Assembly (NCBI RefSeq): GCF_036321535.1
Contig: NC_087437.1
Coordinates: 68,946,001-69,010,000, forward strand
Length of the DNA stretch: 64,000 nucleotides
Reading direction: 5' to 3'
From: Camelus dromedarius
Taxonomy: Eukaryota
Below, in pieces: positions 26,291-37,699 of the stretch. Both the position numbers and the translations under genes were made by a program. The notes below the pieces were generated by a model. It saw nothing but the letters and a program-made list of their open reading frames with translations. It did no database searches and was not told the origin of the DNA. Each line of letters opens with the position of its first letter. The first letter of the stretch is position 1.

Positions 26291-26750
26291 TGCAATACGG
26301 TCGTTTCCTATCGCTGCTGTGACAGACGAGCACAAGCTGTGTGGCTTAAAAGAGCATGAACGTATCATCTCACATTGCTGGAAGTCACAAGTCTAAAATG
26401 AGTCAGTAGGGCTGCATGCCTTCTGGGGGCTCTAGAGGAGAATATTTCCTTGCCTTTCCTGGTTTCTAAGGGCTGCCTGCTTTCATTAGCAGTGGCCCCA
26501 CATCACTCTGACCTCCACTTTGGTTGTCACATCTCCTCTCTGCCTTTTCTACCACCCTCTTCCATACTTAAGGTAACTCATGATTATATTGAACCCACCA
26601 GTGAAATTCCTGATAATCTCCCCATCTCCAGGCCCCTGATTATTCACGCCTACAGAAGCCCTGCTCTCATGTAAAGTTCGTAGTCACAGATTCCAGGGAT
26701 AAGGATGTGGGGGACCATTATTTGGGGGGCCATTTATTCCGACTACCATA
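26291..26750 (-). mobile_element. MaLR LTR (MLT1C/D-like)
   Basis: Antisense MLT1: 'tttcctatcgctgctgtgaca...tggcttaaaa...ggggctctagaggagaat...tgattatattgaacccacc..gataatctccccatctc...ttccagggataaggatgtgg...ttggggggccattt'. Confidence 0.85.
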
Positions 26751-29058
26751 TCCAGGATCAAGCCATTTCTCGGATATCACAAATACTTTCAGGCACATTG
26801 TTTTGAATAGAAGGCATAAAGGAACCTTGCAGGGAGGAGATGGCTGATCCTGAAGAAATTAGAAACACACACAGACAAGTCCATAAAGACTGCCTGGGGT
26901 TCACAAGCAAGTGTATAGGCTGATACACATGCCCACGGTGAGCATGGTTATGTGCCTGCAGGTGCCCTCATATCCAATCTTTTCTGATCCATCTCTAAGT
27001 CAAGGCCTCCCACTCTGCTCCCTAGTCTCCACATTGCCTTTGTGCTTTCTCTAAAAGACTTGTTCTGAAGATGAACCTTAGCTTGAGTTCACGTGTTATG
27101 GTGCTTGATGAAGGCAATCTGCCGTCCACCTAAAAAGTGCCCAGGTGGGTAAAAGGTTCTGTTTCTGCAACAGGTGGGTAAAAGATTTCTGTTTCTCACT
27201 TCAGTCTTCTTGATATGGTAAGAGACACTTAGATCTCTGCTATTCAAAAATCAGTTGGAACATCTGAGAGAAGAATGTGAACATCCTTGGTTTGAGATGG
27301 TTGTGATTTTCCAAAGAGTTCCTTGCTTTGTTATTCCTGTGAAAAGACGGAGGAAAACTGCCAGACTGATTGCAAGCATCCTCATTGCCTGAAATTCAAG
27401 TTGCCCATTGACACAGGCCTACCTTTAAGATTCGCCATCGCTCCTCTGAGATCACACCTTATTTGTCTTACTTTTGAGTACAGTTTAGTTTGTGCATGAT
27501 TGAAAGCTTCTTGCATGCTATTGTCTCCCTTCATCTCCTTGTCTGATAGACAGCGGTGAGTCAGTTAAGCAATTGTTTAAATTTCTCTGCTTCTTTTCCC
27601 TTGAGACCTGACTTCCCTACTCATTTATTAACCTCTATACCTTCACTCTAAATTCTGTAAATGTGTGTGTGTGTGGGGGGGGCATTCTGAGAGCCAAATA
27701 CCTTTTCTTTTCCCGCTTGGTAACTGGGTTCCGGATGTAATAGGACTGTGTTGTGAAACAGCAGCGCTAATCCTCTTGCCCTGAAGGGGATGGTGTTTAG
27801 AATGTTGAAAGTCCTTTATCAGGCTGAACTCTATTTCTCTATAACTAGGAGCCTCCTTATATCATAAATACTTGTCATGCAAGTGTCTTCCACTGACAAG
27901 ATAATGCCTTATCAATCATAAAATTTCCAAGTTATGCAGATGTCTCCTATTCTGTTTGTGTTGTCATTTGTGGATGGTGCAAAAAAGAAGTTAGAAGCAA
28001 ATAAGTGAGAATCTTAATTGGGTCACTTCCCCCATACACTTGAAAAGTCAAGGACGTGTTTCTCACTGGTTTTAAAAAACAGATTGTTACTCATGCAAAA
28101 TCAAGTCATGGTAATTAGACCCTCATTTTATTATGGGGCATTGGGTGAAGGGGGGAAGAGGTGGCATGAGGTAGCTTTCTGGCAAACTCAAGTTCTGAAG
28201 TGTTGACTGGATTTGATTTTTGCAGAATGGCTAACAACCACCCCAGGGCATTATCTGGAGCTGCAGGTTATATATCAAGGAGTTCTCTGAATTTGGCTAA
28301 GCTTATTAGGGATAGCATTATCATGTATGAGAAAATTCCATGAGGTTTTTTAAGTACATGGAGTCCTCGAGCAATATGAAAAACACACAGTGAACTACGA
28401 GATAGGCTGTGCTCAGTCTCAGGAGAATGACAGGTTGTCTTGACCCAGGCTGGATTTGAAGCTGAGGTCCGCGATACTGCAGAGCCGAGGTTTAGATCAC
28501 TAAGTAATCCCCTCTGGCTCATCTCTGCTTAGTCTGTGTCAATTTTTTTTTTAAGTACCTGAATTACATTTTTATGTTGCTCTATAAATAAAGTGGTTGT
28601 GACATTTTTAATACATTTATGGTTCCTATAACTCACTGTTCTTTTCACTTAATTGAAAGGCGGGCTGGTTCATTTGGATTTGGTAATGTGGTATCAAATG
28701 GAGTTCAGATCCAACTCAGAAATAAACAGGCCATTTGGAATTTCAGTACAAATGAAGCTTGAGGGCTGTTCAAATCATAACTCAAAAAATCTTTATTCAC
28801 GGCACCCAAATCATTATATAATCTATTAGAGAATTTCACTACTAAATATACTGAACTCTTAGCTCTGAAGTTAGTCACCTCGTTTTATTTTTCTTTCTTA
28901 TTCAGGAACCCAGTAGATTGGCATGCCTTTAACTGTTCAACAAACATTAATTTATGTCAGTTGTATATCAGGACTATTATACAGCGTGGAAACACAAAAA
29001 TAAATATCACAATTTGCTCTTTGAAGGAGAAATATATAGAAAGAGTTGTGGGGCAATG

Positions 29059-29369
29059 AACTTATTTACAAAACAGAAACAGATTCACAGACATAGAAAA
29101 CAAACTTATGGTTACTGGAGGTGGGGGGGTAGAGGAATAAATTGGGAGTTCAGGATTTGCAGATACTAACTACTATATATAAAATAGATAAACAGTAAGG
29201 TCCTACTGTACAGCACAGGGAACCACATTCAATATCTTATAATAGCCTATAATGAAATAGAATACAAAAAAGAATATATATGTATAACTGAATCACTATG
29301 CCATATACCAGAAATTAATACAACATTGTGAACAGACTGTACTTCAATTAAAAAAAAAAGAAAAAAGAA
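29059..29369 (+). mobile_element. Young 5'-truncated L1 3'UTR with A tail and ~21-bp TSD
   Basis: TSD agaaagagttgtggg(g/a)caatg at 29038-29058 and 29370-29390 (one mismatch); same family as the 12.2-kb copy (shared 'cagacatagaaaacaaacttatggttac', 'acttcaattaaaa'). Confidence 0.92.
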
Positions 29370-29419
29370 AGAAAGAGTTGTGGGACAATGTAGGATAGTC
29401 ACTTTGCCTAGCCTGGGGA

Positions 29420-29995
29420 ATGACAAAAAAATCTAGTAGAGATGATTCCTGAGCTGAGCTTTGAAAGGGAGGAGGTGGTGGCCAAATCAAGCACCAGGGA
29501 GTAGAGAGTAGCCATTCTGAAAAATGAGAAAGCTGAACAGGAATGGAGTTTTCAGTGTGTAGAAGGGGAATGGTGAGAGATGGCTAAGCAGCAGCAAAGG
29601 GACTGGCATGAAACGCCTGGTATAACATGCTGGTAGTTTGGACTCTAACCTGAAATTCACAGGTAGTTGTTGGGGACTTTTAAGAAAAAGAAAAACATGA
29701 TGTGATTTGGGTTTGCAAAGATGCCTCTGACAACATTATGGAAAGCAGATGGGTGTTGGGGAACAGCGCAAGGAGACCAATAAGAGCGGTTTCCGAATCC
29801 AGAAGATGGCTGTCTGATCTAGAGAAGGAGAAGTGAGGATGTGGGATGCAAAGAAAAGGGAAGAGTAATGGATGATTCTTATTTCTTGCCTGAGTAGCTG
29901 GGTGGATGGCAATAGTGTTTGCCAAGAGAGGGAAAAGTGGAGAAGTAGTACTTTGAGGAGGGAAAGAGGTAAGAGAAGAAGAGTGACATTGAAGC
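29420..29995 (-). mobile_element. L2 LINE fragment
   Basis: 'cctgagctgagctttgaa', 'tttggactctaacctgaa', 'ggagaccaataagagcgg', 'tttcttgcctgagtagctgggtggatggcaatagtg'. Confidence 0.75.
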
Positions 29996-30869
29996 TAGGA
30001 TGTGGTACACAGTGATAACATGATGAATAAAATATTCTTGAACAACACTGTATTGCTTTTTCTTTTAGCAGCCCATACCTTTCAATTCTTTCTAAATGAA
30101 ATCTGCTTTAACTATGCCATGTTAACATTGTCCACTTCTGTGCCTTTTTTCTTTCAGCCTCCTATCACATCTTTTCCTCTTTTTTTGTGAGGTTCACACT
30201 TTCAGTTTCCCTTCAGGTATAACTTAGGCATCCCACTTACCTCTTGAGTGTTAGTACCCTTGTCTACTTACAAGGCTAAATTTTAGCATTAGAGATTCAC
30301 ATATAGTCTCTTCCAACTCAAACATTCTCTTACTCCATGATTCTTGGGTTTTTAATGCAGCTTACCCACATCAGACTTCTTTGCAAATGATGTGATATTC
30401 CTTGGTCAGTATCAAGTTGATTACAGGAAGGATGTAACATGGGAATACCTAAGCCTGAACGAATTGCCCAGAGCTAATAACTAACCCATGGTTCTGCTGT
30501 GCATTTCCTTTAAAAAGATTAAGAGAAGAAACTGGATGAGCCTTGGGGTAGAAAGAGCAGCTAATGTTCAGACTTACCAACTGTTTCTGGAGTATAAGCA
30601 ATTTGGGCATCTTGAATTGTGCTAAAAACATGGTTTTCTAATAATTATGCAACAAACACCATGATCATTATACAGTGGAACCAATCCCATGACAGATCTA
30701 TCCAAAAATTTAAATTTCCTCATTACAAAAAAAATGAAGTAATAAAGATAGAATGAGGAAAAGTGAATTGTCTAGAAACAGAAGGGAACGACAAATTTGA
30801 GAAGAGAAGGAATGCTTTCCAATAGGACTTAAGGTCTTTAGATACATCATTTTGCCCGTCGGTCAAAAA

Positions 30870-31292
30870 CCCCGCCATTAGTAATGTAACATGCACAGAT
30901 GTGCTTTTTAAAGAGTACCTGTGAAGTCAAAGATGGAGTATGGTATCTGAGTTCCTCTCCAGATGTCCTAGGCTTCCTCCCTTACCTCCGGGCAGTCTTT
31001 ACTTACATAACAACATCTCAGGGAGATCTTCCCTACCACTTTATTTTAAATTGCCCCACTACCCAGTTCAACACTCTCCATTTTCTTACTTTGTTTGACT
31101 CCATAGTACTTAAATCCGCTTAATAAACTACATGTTTAACTTTTTTTGTTTTATGTGCATCTTCCCCTGTCCAGTTAGAATGTAGGGTTCCTTGAAACAT
31201 GTAGGGTTCCTTGTTCACTGCTATATCTGCTGTCCCTAGAATAGCACTTAACAATGATAGACACTCAATAAATGTTTGCTGAATGCGTGAGT
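30870..31292 (+). mobile_element. L2 LINE 3' end
   Basis: Canonical L2 terminus 'ttagaatgtaggg..cttgttcactgctatatc..ctagaatagcact...cactcaataaatgtttgctgaatg'. Confidence 0.8.
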
Positions 31293-32144
31293 GGTCAGTT
31301 GTTTTAGAGGTCTCAACATGTTTTTCTAAGAAATTTATTTTCATCATTTTATCTTACATTAAAAATGTACTAACATTGTTGAATAACCATAAAATTATGA
31401 CTAGGAGGGCTACTGTATTAAGAAAGAAGAGAAATATCTTAAGTACTTTTTCCTAGAAGGTCCCCATTTTTTTTTTTTTTTAAGGGAGAGATCTGATTCA
31501 TTCCGGATAGATTTGAGGAAACTCTCTTAATGATTCTTAGCTTTAGAAAAATGGAGTTTTTAAAGAATCTATACTCTTGTGAAGTATGTTCTGAAAATAT
31601 ACATATAATGGCCTAAGGGGAGGGGGTGCCTTGTGAATATTTTGCTTTGGATTTTGGCAGCTTTTTATTCTCATTTGGATCGTTTGGGTAATAGGCTCAC
31701 AGTTGTTCCCCCACTGTCTGTTAGATTTAGAGCTTTTGGAGGAAGCCCAGAAAGAAATGAATGAGTAGGCAGAGTGTTAATTGATTACATGTATAAGCAG
31801 AATGATGTCAATTTATCAATTTCTGGTCCATGCCAGTTTTTAAAGGGGGTGGAGAATGAAGGCATGCTGTGCCCAGAATGGGCTGGTTAAAAAGGCAGAA
31901 GAAGCCCTATGCCCTCCCCAGTTCAGCCCTACAGTGTCTTGCTCCACCTGAGAGTTCATGTAGACTTATTTTGTCATTAACTGCAGGACTGTATGGCTGA
32001 GGGGGAGGAGGAGAGGTAATGTAGAGAAGAGGAGATTTAGTCTTTAAAGACTAGCTTTGATTTCTTCACAAATCTGAAAACTCTTAGACATATTTTCAAT
32101 TTTGATATGTTCTTGTATTCATTCATTTCTTCAACAGGCATTTT

Positions 32145-32232
32145 AAAAAATTTTTAATGGAGGTCCTGGGGATTGAACCCGGGACCTCAGTCATGCTGAG
32201 CACACACTCTACCACTGAGCTATACCCTCCCC
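32145..32232 (-). mobile_element. tRNA-Ala-derived camelid SINE (Vic-1 type), short form
   Basis: Reverse complement GGGGAGGGTATAGCTCAGTGGTAGAGTGTGTGCTCAGCATGACTGAGGTCCCGGGTTCAATCCCCAGGACCTCCATTAAAAA; A and B boxes present; degenerate TSD tcaacaggcatttt (32131-32144) / tcaatagacatttt (32235-32248). Confidence 0.88.
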
Positions 32233-32563
32233 ACTCAATAGACATTTTCTGATGCCTGCTCTGCATCTGGCACTGCACTCCCCCTACGTAATATAGGGAT
32301 GCATTCATTACTGAAAAAATATGTTTTGAGCCTTTACTAGTGTCAGGCTCGGTCCCAAGCACTAGTGATAGAGAAGTGAACACATCCAAATTCCTGCTTC
32401 CACTGAGCTCACATAACATGAACAATGACAATAGCGAGTGAACAGAAACAAAAACATGCACATATCCCAGGTGTGCACCGGTGCTACCGTGGCAAATAAA
32501 GCCAGGTAAGTGGAATGGAGCAAGGGCTGAGGGTGTGGAGATAATTAACTTTTTTAATTGCCC

Positions 32564-32702
32564 TTTTTTTTTTTTTTTTTGAGGTGGGTAGGTAATTGGG
32601 TTTGTTGTTTGTTTGTTTATTTTTAACGGCAGTGCTGGGAATTGAACCCAGCACCTTGTGCATGCTAAGCGTGCACTCTACTGCTGAGCTATATCCTCCC
32701 CC
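32564..32702 (-). mobile_element. tRNA-Ala-derived camelid SINE (Vic-1 type), long form with 3' extension and poly(A)
   Basis: Reverse complement GGGGGAGGATATAGCTCAGCAGTAGAGTGCACGCTTAGCATGCACAAGGTGCTGGGTTCAATTCCCAGCACTGCCGTTAAAA, then an (AAAC)n stretch, 'cccaattacctacccacctc' and an A tail. Confidence 0.88.
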
Positions 32703-34149
32703 TTTGGAGATGAATCTGAGATGAACCAGGTGGCAGTATTATTTTTAGGGATGCTTTTATGCTTAAGAAACATAGTTCTGGTGAGAAATGTGAGGGCCAG
32801 TTTGCATGGTGGTGAGAGGAGGGTTGGTGGTTAGGTATCACTGTGATTGTATGGGGCAGAGGTGGCAACGGCTGTGCTAAGGGGCTGGCAGTGAGGCAGA
32901 GAAGAGTGTAAGGAAATAAGTCTCTCTGTGTATTTATATTTACCTATGTATCATATACATGTATGAATATATATCAATGTATCTTATTTATTTATCTATA
33001 TATAGGAAGAGGGAGAAAATAAAGAAGGTATAGCCACATTTTTAAAAAAAAGTAGACTAGACAGGACTCAGTCCCTTTTTAAATCTTTATTGAGCAGCTG
33101 CTCCATCTGGGTAGTGTGCTAGACAGCTCAGACACTCCGTGTACGTGTACAGGTGCGCGGTTCTTCTCGTAGCAGGGTCTGTGAGGTCTGACGCAGCATG
33201 GACTGTCTACCTCAGAGAATACTTAGCAAATTCGTGAACTGTGCCTGTCACATTTTCTGTGTCTTCTCAAAAAAAGAGAATTACTTCTTAGAGGTCGTTA
33301 GTAAAGGCAAATGTGTTTCCTTTTTAGACTCATGTTTGTATGACATAAGCAAGTCTTGTTTTCCCTGCAGGACACAAAGCCTGGGCAGCCCTACTTACTG
33401 AAGGTAATAATATAGCCGTTAGATTTTCAGTGAAGAAACAGTTGCCTTGAGGATGAGACATGTTAGCTTATATACAATTTGCAGATTGACGGGTTGTTTC
33501 CCACCTACACTACCCCTTCAAGAATGTAGCTACTAGCTTCGGATACACGTGTGCACACATGTACACACCCATATGAAGTCAATTTTTTAAGAGAGTTCTC
33601 TAGTGCTGATGAGTGTCACTTCAGAATACTTTCTCTTCCCATTAGATTGGATTATTGAGCCGGAGAGTGGAGGGTTCGTCCCTTTCTGACCAGGACACTG
33701 ATGAGCCTCATGAATTAAAATTTATGTCTTCCCTTGTTACTGATATGCCACCTGGCTCTTTTGAATTATCACAGCCACCAAATGAATTTTATAGTCCATT
33801 GGGGGCTGTCCATGCTTGTTAAGGTGATATTTCCATCGCTGGCATAGCACGGAATCTCATCTTCTCCTTGGAGAATAATCACAGTGCCGAACTCTTATCA
33901 ACTGTCTTTTGCTTCTTAAAATGGTTTCTTAAGTTATGTAGAGAGCCAGACAGAGGGTGGAATTAGTATCAAACCCTGGGGGCCCCGCTGATTATCTCTA
34001 TTGTGTATCATCTTCTGACAACACCAGCCTCTGGTTTAGTGACGTATGTTCCCTAGATGGGTTTGTTCCATTTCCATCTGGTGTTTCCTCTATTTCTATT
34101 CTTCTGTTACTAATTTCTCTTATTTTCTACTTCTCTTTCTTCCCTATCC

Positions 34150-34335
34150 TATTAAAATACTTAGGTTCACTCAGCCAGGAGGTTTACTTACATCATCATG
34201 TTTAGTTCTTCCAAGAATCTGTGAGTAGGTATTTCTGTTCCTATATTACAGATGCAGGAAGGTTGCCCAAGGTCACTCAGGTAATAGGAAAAAAAAGCCA
34301 GGATTCAACTTGTGATTATAGGATTCCAAAGACTT
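34150..34335 (-). mobile_element. MIR SINE
   Basis: 'ctgtgagtaggtatt...cctatattacagatgcaggaa..ttgcccaaggtcactcag...gccaggattcaact'. Confidence 0.7.
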
Positions 34336-34509
34336 TTTTTTTTTTTTTAATATCCAATACTGCTTCTTAAGAAAGCCATGTGTTTCCCTTTATTCTTCTA
34401 AACCTCACTCTGGCATTCTCAGTATCTCACAGCAAACTCTCCTGGAAGAAGAAAGTAATGCTACAATATTCACTTCAGTGTCTCTCCAGTAATTTTTCTC
34501 TAAGTCATG

Positions 34510-34690
34510 AAAGCAGTATGAGAAGATAAAGAACCATAAAATTTGGGCTTAGGAAACATGGTTTCGAGTACAGTTCTGGCACCAACTAGTCAGGTGATCT
34601 GGGTGAATTTCTCTGCAGTGTAAAATGACATAGTAATCCCCACGAGATCTTGGGATTGTGGAAAGATTAAAATGAGATGACTTAGAGGTG
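34510..34690 (+). mobile_element. MIR SINE
   Basis: 'gcagtatg...ggtttcgagtacagttctggcaccaactagtcaggtgatctggg...tgtaaaatgacatagtaat...gattaaaatgagatga'. Confidence 0.7.
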
Positions 34691-36364
34691 TCCATGGCAA
34701 TCTGATTGACCCAAAGGCATACAGTGGCTGAAGATCAATGGTTTAGATGGAAGAGCCCTAATGAGTTCTCCTGGAAGTTTCTGCAAATCAGATGCTGGGG
34801 CATGCCTGAGTCCCTGTCTATCCTAAATTATATTTGTGAGAACCACTCAATATATTGTTCTAAACTTGAGTTTTTTCCTTCAAGTGTTCCAAAGTCAAGT
34901 TTTGTTGTTTACAACCCAGGGAATCTAATACAATACCCAATCTACAATTCCCCCAGGAGTGATTCCCGTGGGATCTCAGTGAGCCAGAATTCGAAGTATC
35001 TACTACTCTGAAACCAAAATGGCTAAATTGAGTAGATCCTAGGCAAGGAGTTTGCTTGAGAGACTATATGCTTGTCTCATCTAATAAGGGTTTGGGTCCT
35101 GGTGGTATCATATTCCATCCTCCTGAAAACTGGCATTAGGTTGGCCATAAAGCTAGCATACTCACTAGAGGGGAACCCTGGGGCCAGAGCTAACTCAGAC
35201 CTGGAGTAGATTCTGAGGGACCGCTCTAGATGACAAGGATTCTCTGAGCTTTCCTAGCTCCACTGGCCATCTGCACTCAGGGACCCTGCAATGACAGTAA
35301 GTACTGACATGAATTGCTAACTGAAATCCACTTGGATCCTAAGCAGGGCTGCCTTTGTTGATAAGGAAAAGGGAGGTTCATGTTCTAACTACAGGCAAGG
35401 CTGCTTGGCAGAGATTAAGGGTATCTTGTCTTAATACAAGAGTTAATGCAGATTTGTGACTAAAGCCTTAAAGTCTGTACCTGTGGAGGACATCAAGCTC
35501 CAGCCACCGAGTGAAATAGGGAAAAAAGAGGTAAAGATTCTCCTAGGAATTTACCTTTTTTTCCTATCACAATCTGCCCCATGAGGAATTCTTAAAACAC
35601 TTACCATGAGCATTGTTTCCCTAGGGTAAACTTCACATTTTAGATTAGTTTGGTTTTTGGAAAAAACAAAGGGGTGTGTGTGGTAAGGGTGGGCATGTGT
35701 GTCTGTGTGTGTAACAGCTTTGGTCCTGGTTTGTGATGACAGTAAACTGAAATTCTGAATTTGTTTGGGAGATGACTGGAGAATATCTGATTTCCTAGCA
35801 ACCAGTTACCTTAATGAACTGTTCTCCAAATACATCTCTTTTTTACTGTTTAACTAGCCTAAGCAGTGCACTTACGGCTGTACCATATATGAAAAATGAA
35901 TTGTTCCTTCATTTACAGGGGTATTTGGTCTTCTAAGTGTGCGATGATTTGGGGGTAATACGTAAAGTCAAGATCCAGATGGCTTGCCAGTATTGAAGAT
36001 CTATTTTACGCACACAACTTTTGGGTCTTAACTCACGGCACCTTAGCCAAATCCAAATGAAAAAGTTAATTATTGTCTGTTTCTCTAAATTCCCAAAAAC
36101 TATTTTACTTGGATAAAGCGCTCTTCCCTCTTGCTGAGTGGTGGTTCTATTACTGCTATTAAACATTGCTAGAGCCTATTAGAGGGCTGAGTTAATGGAT
36201 CCTAACTGCTACGCACTTACCTCATTAGTTATGTGAGAATTATGTAATTCATACTTTGAAAAATATAAATAAAAGGAAAGATGAGTCACTTAATTGAAAG
36301 ATGATATAAGTTTGCTTGAAGAAAAAAAACCGTATCCTTGATTTCAGAAGGACGTTCAATGTAG

Positions 36365-36540
36365 ATAGCGCTCATCCCTGTCTGTACATTAGAATCACCT
36401 GCGATGCGTTAAAAAAGACCAATACGCCAGTCACAATCTAGGCTATTTAAGTGGGAATCTCTAGAAGGGGAGCCTGAGCATTGGTATTTTGAAATAGCTT
36501 CTTGGGTGATCCTAGCTCATAGTCAGAATTGAGTACCCTC
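36365..36540 (-). mobile_element. MER5B/MER5A-like MITE
   Basis: 'gtacattagaatcacctgcga..cgttaaaaaa...gaatctctagaaggggagcctgagcattggtatttt...gggtgatcct'. Confidence 0.75.
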
Positions 36541-37084
36541 ATAAAATGCCTGTCTCAAGTGATTCAATGATGAGTATCACTACCTCCAGTTTTACAATGT
36601 TAACCTGGAGAAGATGAGACAATGCCCTTGGAAGGAGATAATGCCTTCAATTGAACATGAAAATTCTGTGTAATTAAACCTAACCTGAAATTTCATAGCC
36701 AAGCAAATACTCTGTTTGCTCTAAGACACTCTTACCTTCTTCTCATACGTACAGTAATCCATACTCATAGGTTGTTTCTCTGCTGCATTTCCCTTTTTTT
36801 TTTTTTGTAGCAACTAAAATAATTCCCTAGTATTTTAAATCTTGTCATAGCAGTTAATCCTACTTTTAGTTCTTTTGCATGGCTGCACAGCCACCTGGAA
36901 AGAAAACAACATGTTAATTACCGAGACAAGTTGGAATTCAAAATGTCTCTTGAGTAAGGAGCTTCTAAAGACTTTGAAAAAGAGCAATGCATGTGTGTTT
37001 GTCCATTGCAATTAGCATTAGTGGACACAGCCAGTCCAGCTCTCCCATATGCTAGTGGCAACAACATCTGTATAGTCCTCTGTA

Positions 37085-37235
37085 CCTTACCATGCAGCCT
37101 CCTCCTCATCTTATCCTCACTGTAACTCTGTGAAGTAGGATGGAATAAGAATAATTATACCCATTTTATAGACAAGGAAATAGAACTTTAAGGTTGGTTA
37201 ATGGCTTTTGAAGTATAATTCTACTGCACCATTAT
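37085..37235 (-). mobile_element. MIR SINE
   Basis: 'atcctcactgtaactctgtgaagtagga...cccattttatagacaaggaaa'. Confidence 0.7.
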
Positions 37236-37699
37236 CTACAACATGATGCTTCTGTAAATGGGATCGTTTCTTCCTTTGTATTTATACTGCCGCTTGCTTG
37301 TATGTAGAAAAGCTATTGGTTTTTATATGTTAACTTTGCACTCAGACTACTGTCAAACTTTTCGTACTGATCTAGTGATTTTTCTCTTTTTTTCCCTTGG
37401 GTTTTGCAGATTATAAACATAGTATCTCTAAATAATGACAGTGTTGCTTCTACTTTGCTATTAGTGCACACCTTATTTTTTTTTTATCTTGTCTATTTGT
37501 GGTGCTAATTAATTACAGAATGATGTTAAACATTTGTGATACTGGACATTCTTTTCTTGGTAATAACTTTAACGGCAATACAGTGAAATGTTCCATGTCT
37601 AAACCTGATACTGGCTTTTATTTTGAGAGAGAAATCTCTACGTACGTGTGTGTTTATTGTATATGTGCTTATAAAATATATGCATGTATAAAATGCAAT

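Noticed and set aside
31180..31213. 15-bp direct repeat atgtagggttccttg (also a 12-bp repeat at 5304/5327)
   Set aside because: Small slippage duplications inside decayed repeats; two units only, not an array
32158..32232. tRNA-Ala gene
   Set aside because: Encoded CCA followed by an A tail, TSD, GGGGAG head and disrupted anticodon stem indicate a SINE
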